The notes beneath the pieces were generated by a model that saw only the letters and a list, made by a program, of their open reading frames with translations, searched no databases and was not told where the DNA came from. The translations under genes were made by a program, and so were the position numbers. DNA of 63,791 nucleotides, filler included, from Reticulomyxa filosa (Eukaryota > Protista > Foraminifera), in NCBI GenBank assembly GCA_000512085.1. It is 19 parts of 19 records of this genome, joined end to end, with 100 filler letters (N's around TTAATTAATTAA, not from the genome) between each part and the next. Parts side by side here need not be neighbours in the genome. Positions count along the whole stretch, not along the records: positions 1 to 5,003 come from ASPP01027970.1; positions 5,104 to 9,663 come from ASPP01014982.1; positions 9,764 to 11,526 come from ASPP01045402.1; 16 more parts are not named here. One strand, written 5' to 3'. Numbering within the stretch: position 1 is the stretch's first letter; the number at the start of each line of letters is the position of its first letter. This document shows positions 1-10,600 of this stretch, one piece after another.

Positions 1-110
1 TTGTGCTTGTGCTTTTGCTTGTACTTGTGCTTGTAATTGTTGTGTTTGTGCTTGTTGTGTTTGTGCTTGTTGTGCTTGTGCTTTTGCTTGTACTTGTGCT
101 TGTAATTGTG
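1..110. repeat. Low-complexity (TTGTGC)n-like coding repeat with a 69-nt period, encoding Q/A/T-rich sequence on the minus strand
   Basis: The block ttgtgcttgtgcttttgcttgtacttgtgcttgtaattgt occurs at 1-40 and again at 70-109. Confidence 0.8.
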
Positions 111-1529
111 TTAACTGTAAGCTGTATCCGTGAAGATTATATGGATCTTGAGACTGATTGTCTTGTTTCATTCGCGACACCATCAACTCGTTTCGATCTC
201 GGTTGTCGATTGACTTATTTTCCAAGCCTTGTGGAAACGAAGGGTTTGGAATCGCGAGAATGTTTTGCGTGTTTTGCTGTTGTCAATTTGTACAAGATTT
301 TGTCGCCATTTTTTTTTTTTTAATGTAAAATAGTAACGTCGTGTCTTTGTCTTTCTTTTTGCGACGAAAAAGGGTGGTACAGCACGTTGTCGTCGACGAG
401 TAGTGTCGCTTTTGCTGCTGTTACTGCTGTTACTGCTGCGGATTCTTCTTGTCCGTATTGATGTCCACGTATGCGGAAATCTTCATTTTTGAAATGACGA
501 CCTTCTTGTCGCATTCGACCCGTTCTGTCTGATAGTCTTTGTTGTTCAATCCAATTCTTGCCTGACAAATTGTCTCTTCCTCTATTTACATCTCTATCTC
601 TGCCACGCCCTCCTCGTCCTCCTCGTCGCACTCTTAACTTACCTATCTCCTCCACCTGCGCAGCATTCTCCGCACGCAATTTAGTCAACTCAGTCTTTTA
701 TTTGCAAATAAATATAATATATACATATATGTATATATGTATAATATAAAATCACTTGTTGCATTTGTAATTGTGTTTGCAAATGTTGGATTTGATCATC
801 TTTTGCCAAAATTAAATGTTGGATGTAATTTTTTTCTAAAATTTTTTGTTGCAAATGTTGGATGTGACAATCTTTTTCGAAAATTTTTTGTTGCAAGGAA
901 CGAATGTGATTGTCACCAATAGCAAATGGGCTTGCATGTGTGACTGCAATGCTCACTTTGGGTTTGCTCGAACAGTGGTGTGTCGCAACCAAACTTTTGG
1001 AAGCAACAATACACTGGCTTCAGTCGACATGATGTTTCCAAATGCTCTTTCAAGCCTTTGATAGTCCCTCGATAATTGCATCCTTGCTTTTGTGATAAAT
1101 TGTACTCATTCACGTTGCTACCTTCGTCGTCTTCCATTGTCCCAATAGCGTCGCTTTGTGCTTCGCACCATGTGTCATTTGATACTGTCGGGGACACATC
1201 ACTATCAAACTGCTTATCTCTTGTTGTGCCAAACGGTTTTTTGAATATTCACAACTGTCATGTTGCTCTATTGGACATTTCTTCCCATGTTGCTCCAAAT
1301 ATTGCCGGAGGCAATTCTCCCCTACTATATACACTTCTTCCATGTTCTCATGCTCTCGACAACTTAATTCCACCGCATTATAAGCAACTTGCTTACACAA
1401 TAAACAAATAAATTTATTTACTGTTTCTTCTTTGTTCAACAATGATATCCAATGCTTATTGTAGCAATCTTCAAGTGAAATATTGTCAAGTTTTACTTTT
1501 TCTTCTTCATCCGTTTCAAATTGGAGCAT
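1..1529 (-). pseudogene. RING/TRAF-type zinc-finger + coiled-coil + RGG-rich + Q/A-repeat protein, broken by single-base frameshifts (pseudogene or sequencing error); 3' end runs off the contig
   Basis: ORF pieces 1110-1529 (FICLLCKQVAYNAVELSCREH...GENCL...CPIEQHDSC), 913-1197 (CNYRGTIKGLKEHLETSC...CCFQKFGC), 690-992 (coiled coil) and 320-688 (RRGGRGGRGR) are collinear. The last exon encodes QAQVQAKAQAQQ repeats. Paralogous to 41087-41719. Confidence 0.75.
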
Positions 1530-1531
1530 TA

Positions 1532-1562
<31 letters not shown>

Positions 1563-1769
1563 CGAATCCGATTATTTGAAAACTATTTTTGTAAGTTCAA
1601 AGGTTTGTATTGCCTTCTTGAATCAGTTGTTAATAAGATATATGTTTTATGGACATCAAGTAAAAGAGTTACCAATTTGTGTAATTTTTGCTTCTAATTT
1701 TCATTTAATTGTCCTTTTGACAAGGTAAAAAAAAAGTAATTGCTTTGGATTGATATAATATGATAAATA

Positions 1770-2130
1770 GATAGAATATTATTTGGTTATTGGATAGATT
1801 ATTGTCATATCGAATTGGAATAGTTGTATTAAATAAAATTCATTCAGATAGATTTAATTCAATACTGGAGTTAATTAAGTATATGCTTTATCACAAATAT
1901 TGTCAACACATTCAATATGGAATGTTTGTTGATGACGTGTCAATTTGTACATCGATATTTACAGATTATATATATGAAATGAATTATCATTACAACAAAT
2001 TCTGTATAAAGTACATACTTGATTGAATAAATTGAAGATGTTACTTGCAACTTATAAGACATAGTGATTTACATTCATACATCAAAATAAGAATTAATAT
2101 CTTAACATGTTGTGAAAATAATTTTGGCTG
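1770..2130 (+). mobile_element. Degenerate non-LTR (LINE-like) retrotransposon reverse-transcriptase fragment
   Basis: Translation gives LSYRIGIVVLN...IQYGMFVDDVSICTS (a [Y/F]xDD catalytic motif), then, after stops, LNKLKMLLATYKT**FTF (decayed W..KWKM....KTQ.I.F). This is the motif order of non-LTR RT subdomains. Confidence 0.65.
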
Positions 2131-2339
2131 ATTGTATGATTGAATCTTATGAGTCTTTGTTGAAGTTTCAGAGTATAATTCTTTAAACAAATCAAAGAAA
2201 ATCAAAATAAAAAAAATTATTATTTAATCTTTTGTTTTACTTTTAGTTATGTTGTATCTTTGGTAGATTTAATGACCTTGTATAAAATAATATAATTGAT
2301 TACTTTTGTAAATGTATTCATTGTTAGTGAGTTGCTTGT

Positions 2340-2695
2340 TTACAATGTTTGTCCAACCTTTTTTTATTTTGGAATATCAATACTACAACTTCTTATCTAA
2401 AAAAATCTTGGATAGGTGACACAATCATAGTTTCATATTGTGAAAATTTTGCATTAACAACAAAATTTGAATGTATTTTCAGTTATTGAATTTCTTTTCT
2501 TGATTAAATATCAAATTCATAAATTCATCCAGTTTTATCAATTAACATGACCGAAACCAATATCTGATTATTATCTAAATTTTTTTGTTTTTTTCAATTG
2601 ATTAATATTTATTTCGTCATCTATTTCTTCAAACTATATTCATATTTCTATTATTTCTTTATATTCGGCGATCCATCGTTGATATTCTTTCATAA
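2340..2695 (-). pseudogene. Remnant of WD40-repeat gene (N-terminus and first repeat)
   Basis: Minus-strand translation across stops and frameshifts: ...IDKTG*IYEF...EIQ*LKIHSNFVVNAKFSQYETMIVS, matching the GH..V..AKFSPDG..IVS WD40 repeats elsewhere in this window. Confidence 0.5.
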
Positions 2696-2807
2696 ATTCA
2701 TTTACTGAAGTTTTTATATGTAATAGTGAATTATGATTATTTCTTGTCCGTCTAAAAATATGCATGTATGAAAAAAAAAAAAAAAAAGGGAGAACAATTT
2801 ATGTAAA

Positions 2808-4175
2808 ATGGACGATAAATGGTTAAGTGAAAAAGTGGCCTCATTTTTTAGTATTCTGACTCCCTTGGAGAAGAACTTGGCAGAAAGTGAAAGATTAGAC
2901 TCAGGTCAAATCTTGTTGGAAGCGAGTAGTTTGGATACAGTATGCGAGCAATTGATGGAACAAGATGTGATGGAGTTATTGTTAAAAGCTTTCGAAACTG
3001 CATACTCGCTTAAAGATATCACTCTTTGCATGGGAATACTGAGTAATATGTTGGTAGTGCCAAGAATTATCAAAAAAGTAACAGAAACATGGAATAAAAG
3101 AATCATAACCAATTCTTGTGAATGGGGAAATAAAATATTTGATTTTGCATTGACAAGTTTAATGTCTACAGACGATATAAATTTATTAACTTATACTATT
3201 AAATGTTTACAACAATTATTGAAAGCACAAAATGAAATTATAATGAGAACAAGTAAGAAAAAAGACGAAAATGATCTGGAAAATAAAGAAAATGAATTAA
3301 ATGACATAGCAAAAATGTTTGAAGATGAAGATGTAATTAAAAAAGTGTCATGGATAATCTTATTTGCGAATAATACAACACTAGTTACTAATGCATGTAA
3401 TTTACTTTGGGAGTTGCTTGAGATGCGTCCTACACTTTGTACTTTTGTCATTGTCAAATGTGAATTCATTGCATTGTTTGTTGGATTAATGCAACGATGC
3501 TTGCCACATACTAATAATATGTTGAATGACAATGATGAGAATGATGATGGAGGAGATGTAATTCGTGGATTATCAACATTTGAACAAAGCCAAGTGATCT
3601 ATCCATTGATTCAGTTATTGCTTACTTGGTTTGAAAAACAAGAAAATAATCAATTACAAATCACTAGAGATACATTTTTGCAAACAATGAGTGATAATGA
3701 TAATAATATGATTGCAATATTGACTGAATGTATTTGCCATTTCAATCACTCGCAAACAGGACGCACATTATGTCAACTACTTTGTCATTTGTTGGATCAT
3801 TCATATAATAATTTATCCAAACAACAACAACAACAACAATATAATAAATTAATTCCTAATTCAATGTTATTTAAAATCGTATATCAAATGAGATTTGATT
3901 TATCAACTCCTATTTGGTGTGTTTTGATACAACACTTATTGGCCAATGCACATTCTTCCAATGATCCTTTTCTTCTTCCTTCAATTGCAACATATCAAGA
4001 AATTATTATTTCTCATTTAAAATCATTTGCACATTCGACTCATCTGGCTCCTGTTATACACACTATTTCCTCTTTGTTTGATCGTCTTGCACATACTCCG
4101 ACTCAAACTTCATCATCTCCTAATAAAAAAAGAAAATTAAATGATGGAACCTCGATTACAATTTCTTTTACATAA
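2808..4175 (+). CDS. ARM/HEAT-like helical repeat protein, SAAL1-like
   Basis: Intact 455-aa ORF. CEQLMEQDVMELL...LCMGILSNM, STDDINLL and WIILFANNTTLV resemble SAAL1 motifs as I recall them. C-terminal NLS-like PNKKRKL. Confidence 0.6.
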   Translation: MDDKWLSEKVASFFSILTPLEKNLAESERLDSGQILLEASSLDTVCEQLMEQDVMELLLKAFETAYSLKDITLCMGILSNMLVVPRIIKKVTETWNKRIITNSCEWGNKIFDFALTSLMSTDDINLLTYTIKCLQQLLKAQNEIIMRTSKKKDENDLENKENELNDIAKMFEDEDVIKKVSWIILFANNTTLVTNACNLLWELLEMRPTLCTFVIVKCEFIALFVGLMQRCLPHTNNMLNDNDENDDGGDVIRGLSTFEQSQVIYPLIQLLLTWFEKQENNQLQITRDTFLQTMSDNDNNMIAILTECICHFNHSQTGRTLCQLLCHLLDHSYNNLSKQQQQQQYNKLIPNSMLFKIVYQMRFDLSTPIWCVLIQHLLANAHSSNDPFLLPSIATYQEIIISHLKSFAHSTHLAPVIHTISSLFDRLAHTPTQTSSSPNKKRKLNDGTSITISFT

Positions 4176-4619
4176 ACTTCTTTTCTTATTAACAGTGTTA
4201 TCTTGAAATTCATTTCTTTGAGAAAAGTAATCCTGTTATCTAATTCAATTCGACATTGTCAGTGTGCACATATTTTAAAAGATATCAAGATACAATCTTG
4301 GTCAATGCTTCATCACTTGCTTGTTTCAATTCCTTTTCTAATTGGTTATTTTGCTTTTAATTCCGAAGTTTACTTGCTACGATATCTTTGCAAAAAGAAA
4401 TTCATTTTAATACATTAATTAATATCAACGCTTGCAAAAAAGTTTAATCAAAGAAATAAAATAATTTTAACTAGTAAATTTTTAATATTAAAAAATTTTT
4501 ATACTAATTGAAAATTTCAAGATATCATATATTATATACAAATGAAATAGCTAAAAGTGTTGAAGCATATTATCACTAACAAGCAAAGACGACAAAATTA
4601 AGTCACTTGCTACCAAACG

Positions 4620-5003
4620 AGCTAAAGTTGACACATAAAATGCTACCTTATATAGATGATTGTGTTTCTACACGAAAAAACAACATTGTGGCTGCCTGAG
4701 TATGATAATATTTGTTTTTAAAATTTAATTCAAGTTTACCAACGTGTTATATATCCTTTGGCTTTTTTAACTGAGTGTTTTCTTTAGAATAGACTTATTA
4801 AGGTTTTACAAATATTTGTTTACATTTTTTACTACAGTAGAATGCAAAGTAAAGTTGACACCTAAAATGGCACCTTATAGAGATGATTGATTTTCTTCAT
4901 GAAAAAACAACATTCAGACCTAATTTTTTTTTAAAAAATATCTACAAATCGTGTACTTTTTAAATATGATTTTGGTTTTTTATTACATCTTTCCTAATTG
5001 TTT
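4620..5003 (+). mobile_element. Terminal inverted-repeat copies of the Tc1-like element (partial copy 4620-4687; 5' end from 4835 to the contig edge)
   Basis: TA|CAGTAGAATGCAAAGTAAAGTTGACA at 4835 closely matches 13333-13448 and the reverse complement of about 14295-14460. The motif aagttgacacataaaa...ccttatatagatgat...aaaaaacaacatt is repeated at 4620-4687. Confidence 0.85.
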
Positions 5004-5103
5004 NNNNNNNNNNNNNNNNNNNNNNNNNNNNNNNNNNNNNNNNNNNNTTAATTAATTAANNNNNNNNNNNNNNNNNNNNNNNNNNNNNNNNNNNNNNNNN
5101 NNN
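5004..5103. other. Artificial contig-joining spacer (first of 18)
   Basis: N44-TTAATTAATTAA-N44 spacers start at 5004, 9664, 11527, 16209, 18539, 20030, 22007, 23514, 25084, 26869, 29180, 33414, 37681, 47097, 49392, 55203, 61371 and 62633. Confidence 0.99.
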
Positions 5104-5186
5104 CCCCTCTCCTCCTCAGTGCATCCATGATACATGTATATACATATATTTATATATATACACATATATATGTATATGTATCACAG

Positions 5187-5547
5187 ACATACCCTTTTGA
5201 GCTGCATAATAATTTTAATGACAATATTTTTCACCTCGATTGTCATTGTACGATTTGTGGTTATCAAAGCAACTTCGTTTCATACGGTGCAAGATCGACT
5301 TGCGGTATGGATCCAAACCTGCCTGCTCTTCTTGCACAATTTTGTGAACGTCGTGTGTGTATATTTCAATTTGGACTTTACGAAGAAATGGTATTTATGG
5401 TGTTGCAATCCTTGTGATTACGTGTGTGAATACTGTGGAATCACCATTTCCGAATACATCATAAGTTCCAAATTGCACCAAATTACCAGCGTTGCTTCCG
5501 ATGACGATGCTACGGAAGCCCGTTTGAGTACCATTGAGGAGGAGTAA
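5187..5547 (+). CDS. 3' exon of a 7TM/GPCR-like membrane protein (last two helices and Cys-rich tail)
   Basis: Two hydrophobic helices followed by WYLWCCNPCDYVCEYC and a short acidic tail. Preceded by a TA-rich intron ending in cag. Confidence 0.55.
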
Positions 5548-6198
5548 CAGTGATCTCAATTTTACCTGGCTTGTTTTTTGTTTTTTTTTTTAGTTATTGT
5601 ATTTTGTTTGTTTTGTTTGTTGTTTTGTTGTTGTTTGCAATTGAGACAGTAAGAGCTTTAACAAATTAGGGCTCTTTTTTTTTTTTCCTCCCTCTTTTTA
5701 TGTGTGTCAAAAAAAAAATCGTAGATTAAGTTTCTATTTTTTGTCGAGGGTTTAAGCAGTAATCAGTGTTTGTTCAAAGTATTTTCTGTTCATTCATTAA
5801 TTCTTGCCAGTCTCTCAGACTTTGTTTTCTTTTGCGCGGATAATACTGTTGTGTGCAAGAAATGGTTTAATTTCGAGAAATTGGTTAAAAAAAAAAAAGA
5901 GTCTAAGTGTTCAATTTATGAAAGGCCAAAAAAAAAAAAAGATCTTAATAAAATAATATTTTATGTTTCATATTTTTTTGCAAACTACTGTATAATGCAA
6001 AGTCCCAAGGAACTGCTAATCTACCAGTGTGCTAGGACTATATTCACAAACACACTATTAATTCTTTTATTGTGTTGTTTTCTTTTGTATGTTGTTAATT
6101 ATTTCTTATTTCGTTTTACTCGAACAAAGTTTTTTTCGCGTACACTTCAGCCAATCTCACTGTTCCTACAATTACAAATAGATTAATTTGAAAAAAAT

Positions 6199-7065
6199 TT
6201 AAAAGTATATTTCGCTTTTAAATTTGGAGTTGCAATTTTGACAACAAACGTCAACTAATTGAATATCGTTTTGTGATTTGCTGCCAAAAGCTTCGAATGC
6301 AGTTCCTCCATTTAATTCCCTCACTTTTCTGTATTTGCATGTATTTTGGTTTCCACAGTATTGGCAATGGATATCTGAAGTAGAGATCCATAATGCATCT
6401 AGTGATGTGGATTGCACTTGTTTCGATAATGTTTCTTTATTTTGGATCCTCTTTTTCTTCATTTGTGAATGTGCTATTTCCCAAGAGTCGCAAGAGTATA
6501 TCAGATCATATGGAGTTAAAAGTTTGTTCCAAAGATTCAGACATATTTCATCATTGTGGTGCAAATTGAATAAAATATCACGTATTTTTTCTTGATAAAT
6601 TTTTTGTAGACTGTCAATGCAAGAAGTGTTTTCATTGAATTGTTGCATACTCCAATTAAAAATACATGCCTCCATATCCAAACAAAATTGGCGTATTTGC
6701 ATTTGCAATTTCTTATCATCAGAATACAACTGTGTGGATTGCTTTGTCTTGCTTTTGTCATCTTTGGCTTGCATTTGAAGTACGTTCGAAAATAATTGAT
6801 TCAGCCGTTGTCTACTTTTGCTACGTACTCCTTCATCCACACCTGATTGAGAATGCACTCCACTTTTTTGTTTTGTCAAAGTGTGATCTTTCTTTTCGTA
6901 TATTTGTCCGTCTTTGTCATGTGTCTTGTTCCTTTCTTTATTTGCTTGCTTTTTTTCTTCTTCCAATTTCTTTTCCAACTCTTGCCGCAATGATTCATTT
7001 TCAAATTCGTATTCCTTGCGCTTTCTCTTTTTTTTCTTCAAGAACGAAGGATCTTCGTTTGCCAT
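6199..7065 (-). CDS. TFIIS-like protein (central domain plus divergent C-terminal Zn ribbon); 5' exons probably upstream
   Basis: MEACIF...YQEKIRDILFNL...LLTPYDLI...EIA matches the TFIIS central domain. IHCQYCG...VCCQNCNSKF forms a C4 Zn ribbon. Confidence 0.7.
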   Translation of the reverse strand: MANEDPSFLKKKKRKRKEYEFENESLRQELEKKLEEEKKQANKERNKTHDKDGQIYEKKDHTLTKQKSGVHSQSGVDEGVRSKSRQRLNQLFSNVLQMQAKDDKSKTKQSTQLYSDDKKLQMQIRQFCLDMEACIFNWSMQQFNENTSCIDSLQKIYQEKIRDILFNLHHNDEICLNLWNKLLTPYDLIYSCDSWEIAHSQMKKKRIQNKETLSKQVQSTSLDALWISTSDIHCQYCGNQNTCKYRKVRELNGGTAFEAFGSKSQNDIQLVDVCCQNCNSKFKSEIYF

Positions 7066-7613
7066 TGCTTTTTCTTCTGTTCCAACAGTTGTGTCATGTT
7101 ATTTTGCAAAGTGCACCGCTTATTTTATCTTCTTTCACTTTTTATTTATTATATTTTATTCACTTTTTTATTCGTTTGTTCAGTTCGTTTACTACTCTTA
7201 ACTTTTAGGTTGTGGGCCCAGGCGTGAAATATCCAAACGAATTTCCGCTGTCCTTATACCTGATGTGTCTCGTTTATGTAATATATCACTTACAAATTTA
7301 TTCCAATCTAAATCCATGGCGGTTTCTTTTTTGTCAAATTCCCCTTTTTTTTAGGAACACTTATATTTGAGGTAATTATAGTTTTTGTATACAATTATTG
7401 AGGAAATCTCGAAATTGTCAATGGAACAAAGGTAAACTTTTACAATTGTAACACTTGCCTGTGAGCCAATGAAGGATAGATTTGGAAAAACCAGCCAGCA
7501 GATGTAGGACAAGATATATCTAGAGAAAGCATACTTTAAAAATAATCATTAAAACAACTCTTATTTACTTCAAATATTGTTTTTTGAAAAATAGCAAACT
7601 CTGTTAATTGTAA

Positions 7614-8234
7614 ATGTCCTTAAGGATTAGTACGTTTACTGGAAAAAGGTTTGTTGAAAATTTGTCAAAAATATAATTGACAATTGATGAAATGTCTGAT
7701 CTGGATGTTGCTAGACAAAGCCTTGAAGAATTTAATCAGAAGCGTTTAAATGACGAAGACTGGCGTCCATTTGATTTTGAAGCACACATAGCCGGGCACT
7801 TCAAGGGCAACGACAAGCCGTTTGCACTGGGACACCTCCAGCAAGACAAATACATAAAATATTGGACAATGTTTATATCTCAAGACAAGCAACGTGCAGA
7901 AAGTGCCATTGTATTTGAAGACAAAGCGAAAGGGAACCCATGGTCCTGGGTTCATGGAGGGCTCTCCTTTGCAATTGCCGATGACATAGGTGGTATCTTG
8001 TCATTCGTGTCTAGTAACGGTTATGGTGCAACTCGTAACGTCAACTTTTCATATAAAAAGCCAATACGTGTACACGAGTTGGTAGTTTTGAAAGCAGTTG
8101 TTACAAATGTCTCAAGCAAATATGTGGACATTGAAATCACTTTTTTTAATTCCAGTAATCAGATTTGCGCAACTGGAAATTTTTCTTATTTGAGACGACT
8201 CAACATACCCAATTCAGAAAAGTCAAAGTTGTAA
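7614..8234 (+). CDS. Hotdog-fold acyl-CoA thioesterase (PaaI/THEM4-like) with peroxisomal PTS1
   Basis: GNPWSWVHGGLSFAIADD and T...NFSYKKPI motifs; C-terminal SKL. Possible exon 1 at 7614-7648 with a GT-AG intron at 7649-7714, or a start at ATG 7692. Confidence 0.85.
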
Positions 8235-8610
8235 AATTGCAAAAAAAAAAAAGATTTTTAGACAGTTAAATAACACCAAAGAAAGAAGTATTTTCTAATG
8301 ACCTTATTCCAACTAACTGATTTTTGTCATGCACAGATTAATAATTTTTTTCAGACACAACTGTGCGATCGATTGATTTAACTTTTAAAAATTTTGAGAA
8401 GAGATCTACATGTAATAAAATACAAACAAAATGATAAGTTTCAAAAACTTTTAATTGAGTTCTAAAAGCGTATTTAAAAAGCTTTCGCAGTGACAAGACT
8501 CTTGCATTGCAAAACGACTCTATACTTAAACGGATTTTAAAAAACGTGCAAAAAAAAAGGACTGTTTTTGTGAGAGGCTTTTTGAGTGACACGAGCAAAG
8601 TCGAAGTTCA

Positions 8611-9663
8611 ATGTCAAACAATCCTGTAGAAGTACAATTGGGCTTGACATTAAATGAACAGAAAGATTCGAATCCTCCAGTGCAATCCCCACATGAACAA
8701 GAACACGGTGATACCCCGGTTTACTGTAGACTCGTAGATGCTCTAATATTTTTATTGTTAGTGTGCATGCGAAGATCAAATATGCAAAAAAAAAAAAACA
8801 AAACAAAAAAAACTGCAAAACGTATACATTTTATATAAAATATAAAAAATATATACATATATATATATATATTTTTTTTTAATTATGTAACGCAAAATGT
8901 AAATCTTCCCACAGTACGGAAGATAATATAGCATGCATAGACGAAGAGACGAAGGGAGACGAAAAACGGGAAGCAATAGAAGAGAAAGGGATAGAGACAA
9001 CAAATGAGGAACTATCGAACGACAAAATAGACAAAAGAATACGTAGCCTGATTGGACGTAGGAATAAGATTGAGACGAGAAAGGTGGAGGAATGGGAAAT
9101 AAAAGGATGGACGGAGAAAATTAAAAAAATGAAGGACTCGATGAAAGCGATAATTGCATTTCAAAAAGAAAAAGAGAGAAGCAAAAGTAGTGATCACATT
9201 GCAATGGAAACAAAGACAAGCAACTTTCGAAAAAGTCTGCAGCAATGCAAAGAGATGTGGAAGATGGTAGAGACCCTACAAACTGACATTGAATGGGAGG
9301 CTTTTGAAGAGTGGGCAAAAGAGTCCAGATATTTGTTTGTTAAGATTACACTTCCCCCTTTTTTTTTTTTTTTTAAAAAAAAAAATTATTATTACCCTTA
9401 AAAAAAAAAAAAAAAGAATGAAGAAATCAAAGTGTCGAAGCAGTTGCGCAACAAACCCACTCGAAAAAAGAGTGCACCGTCTTCTCCATCAAATCAACCC
9501 CCGGAGCAAGAGATGTCATCACGTACATATCGATGGACCTCGACACAGCGCGACTATTCGAAAGTGGACGAGCGGTTTGAAATGGCGCAGCGACTGCTGC
9601 ACTGCAGCACAAACAACGAGTTTCGCAAGTGGCTTTTCCAAAAGAATCAAAACGCTCACACGA
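8611..9663 (+). CDS. Multi-exon hypothetical charged/coiled-coil protein, 3' truncated
   Basis: Coding-like segments at about 8611-8760, 8930-9330 and 9420-9663, separated by poly-T/poly-A intron-like DNA. Confidence 0.45.
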
Positions 9664-10176
9664 NNNNNNNNNNNNNNNNNNNNNNNNNNNNNNNNNNNNN
9701 NNNNNNNTTAATTAATTAANNNNNNNNNNNNNNNNNNNNNNNNNNNNNNNNNNNNNNNNNNNNTGGGCACTTCATACGAGAGACAAGGCACTGACGCCGA
9801 CAGGCTGTCAACGGAATGAGCAGCAGGGTAAGCATGCAATTGAGTAAAACGTTAGTGCATTGTGCAAATATCTCAACTTCTTTAATGTGTATAATATACG
9901 AAAGATTATCATGCACAAGCATGAAGGGGGAGAGGAGGGAGAAAAAAGTTCGTTAAATAACAATTGCGTGTATGTATGGAAACATAAATTAGTAATATAT
10001 GAATAAATAAAAAGTTTATTAATTTTGGGAAATAAAAATTGGAAAATCAATTTTTTGATTTGATATGGTTAAACAAACACAACGAAACGGGTTCTGAGAA
10101 TAAAAAGTTTTTTTTGATATTGTAATCAATGATCTTTTAAAGTGTGGACAGCTATTGAATATCCAACAAAAAGGGA

Positions 10177-10600
10177 ATGATGAAAAAAAGTGTATCGTTG
10201 TGGTGGGTGTTATGGTGTAGCACTTTGGCTGTGTGGATGGCACTGGTAACGACTAGCGTCATGTTGACTGACCCTTGCATTGGATGCAGCCAAGTGCAAA
10301 ACTGTTCGACAGAAGGCTGGATGTGTATAACAATGCCGGCAAACGGGCAATATGGACGCATACATCGAGAAGTTGTTAGTGGAGAACGAACTGAAAGGAT
10401 TAATGAATGTGACCACACTCGCATATCGCGTAGTGTTCAACAACAACGCATTAACCTATCCTTGCGACATTAACACACGACACACTCGAACACAAACAAG
10501 TTGTTTACGTTTTTGCAAGGGCTTATTCCAGGCATGCATTTTCAGATGGCATCAGTACTTCCCTCGATCCGCAAGTATACGTAACTTAAAAGTGATATGA
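10177..10600 (+). pseudogene. Secreted cysteine-rich protein (possibly Frizzled-CRD-like), frameshifted
   Basis: Signal peptide, then PCIGCSQVQNC...WMC. A frame change near 10350 leads to LAYRVVF...YPC...SCLRFCKGLFQAC. Confidence 0.4.

Noticed and set aside
3-323. Hydrophobic Leu/Val ORF as a membrane protein
   Set aside because: It is the antisense reading of the Q/A-rich repeat encoded on the minus strand.
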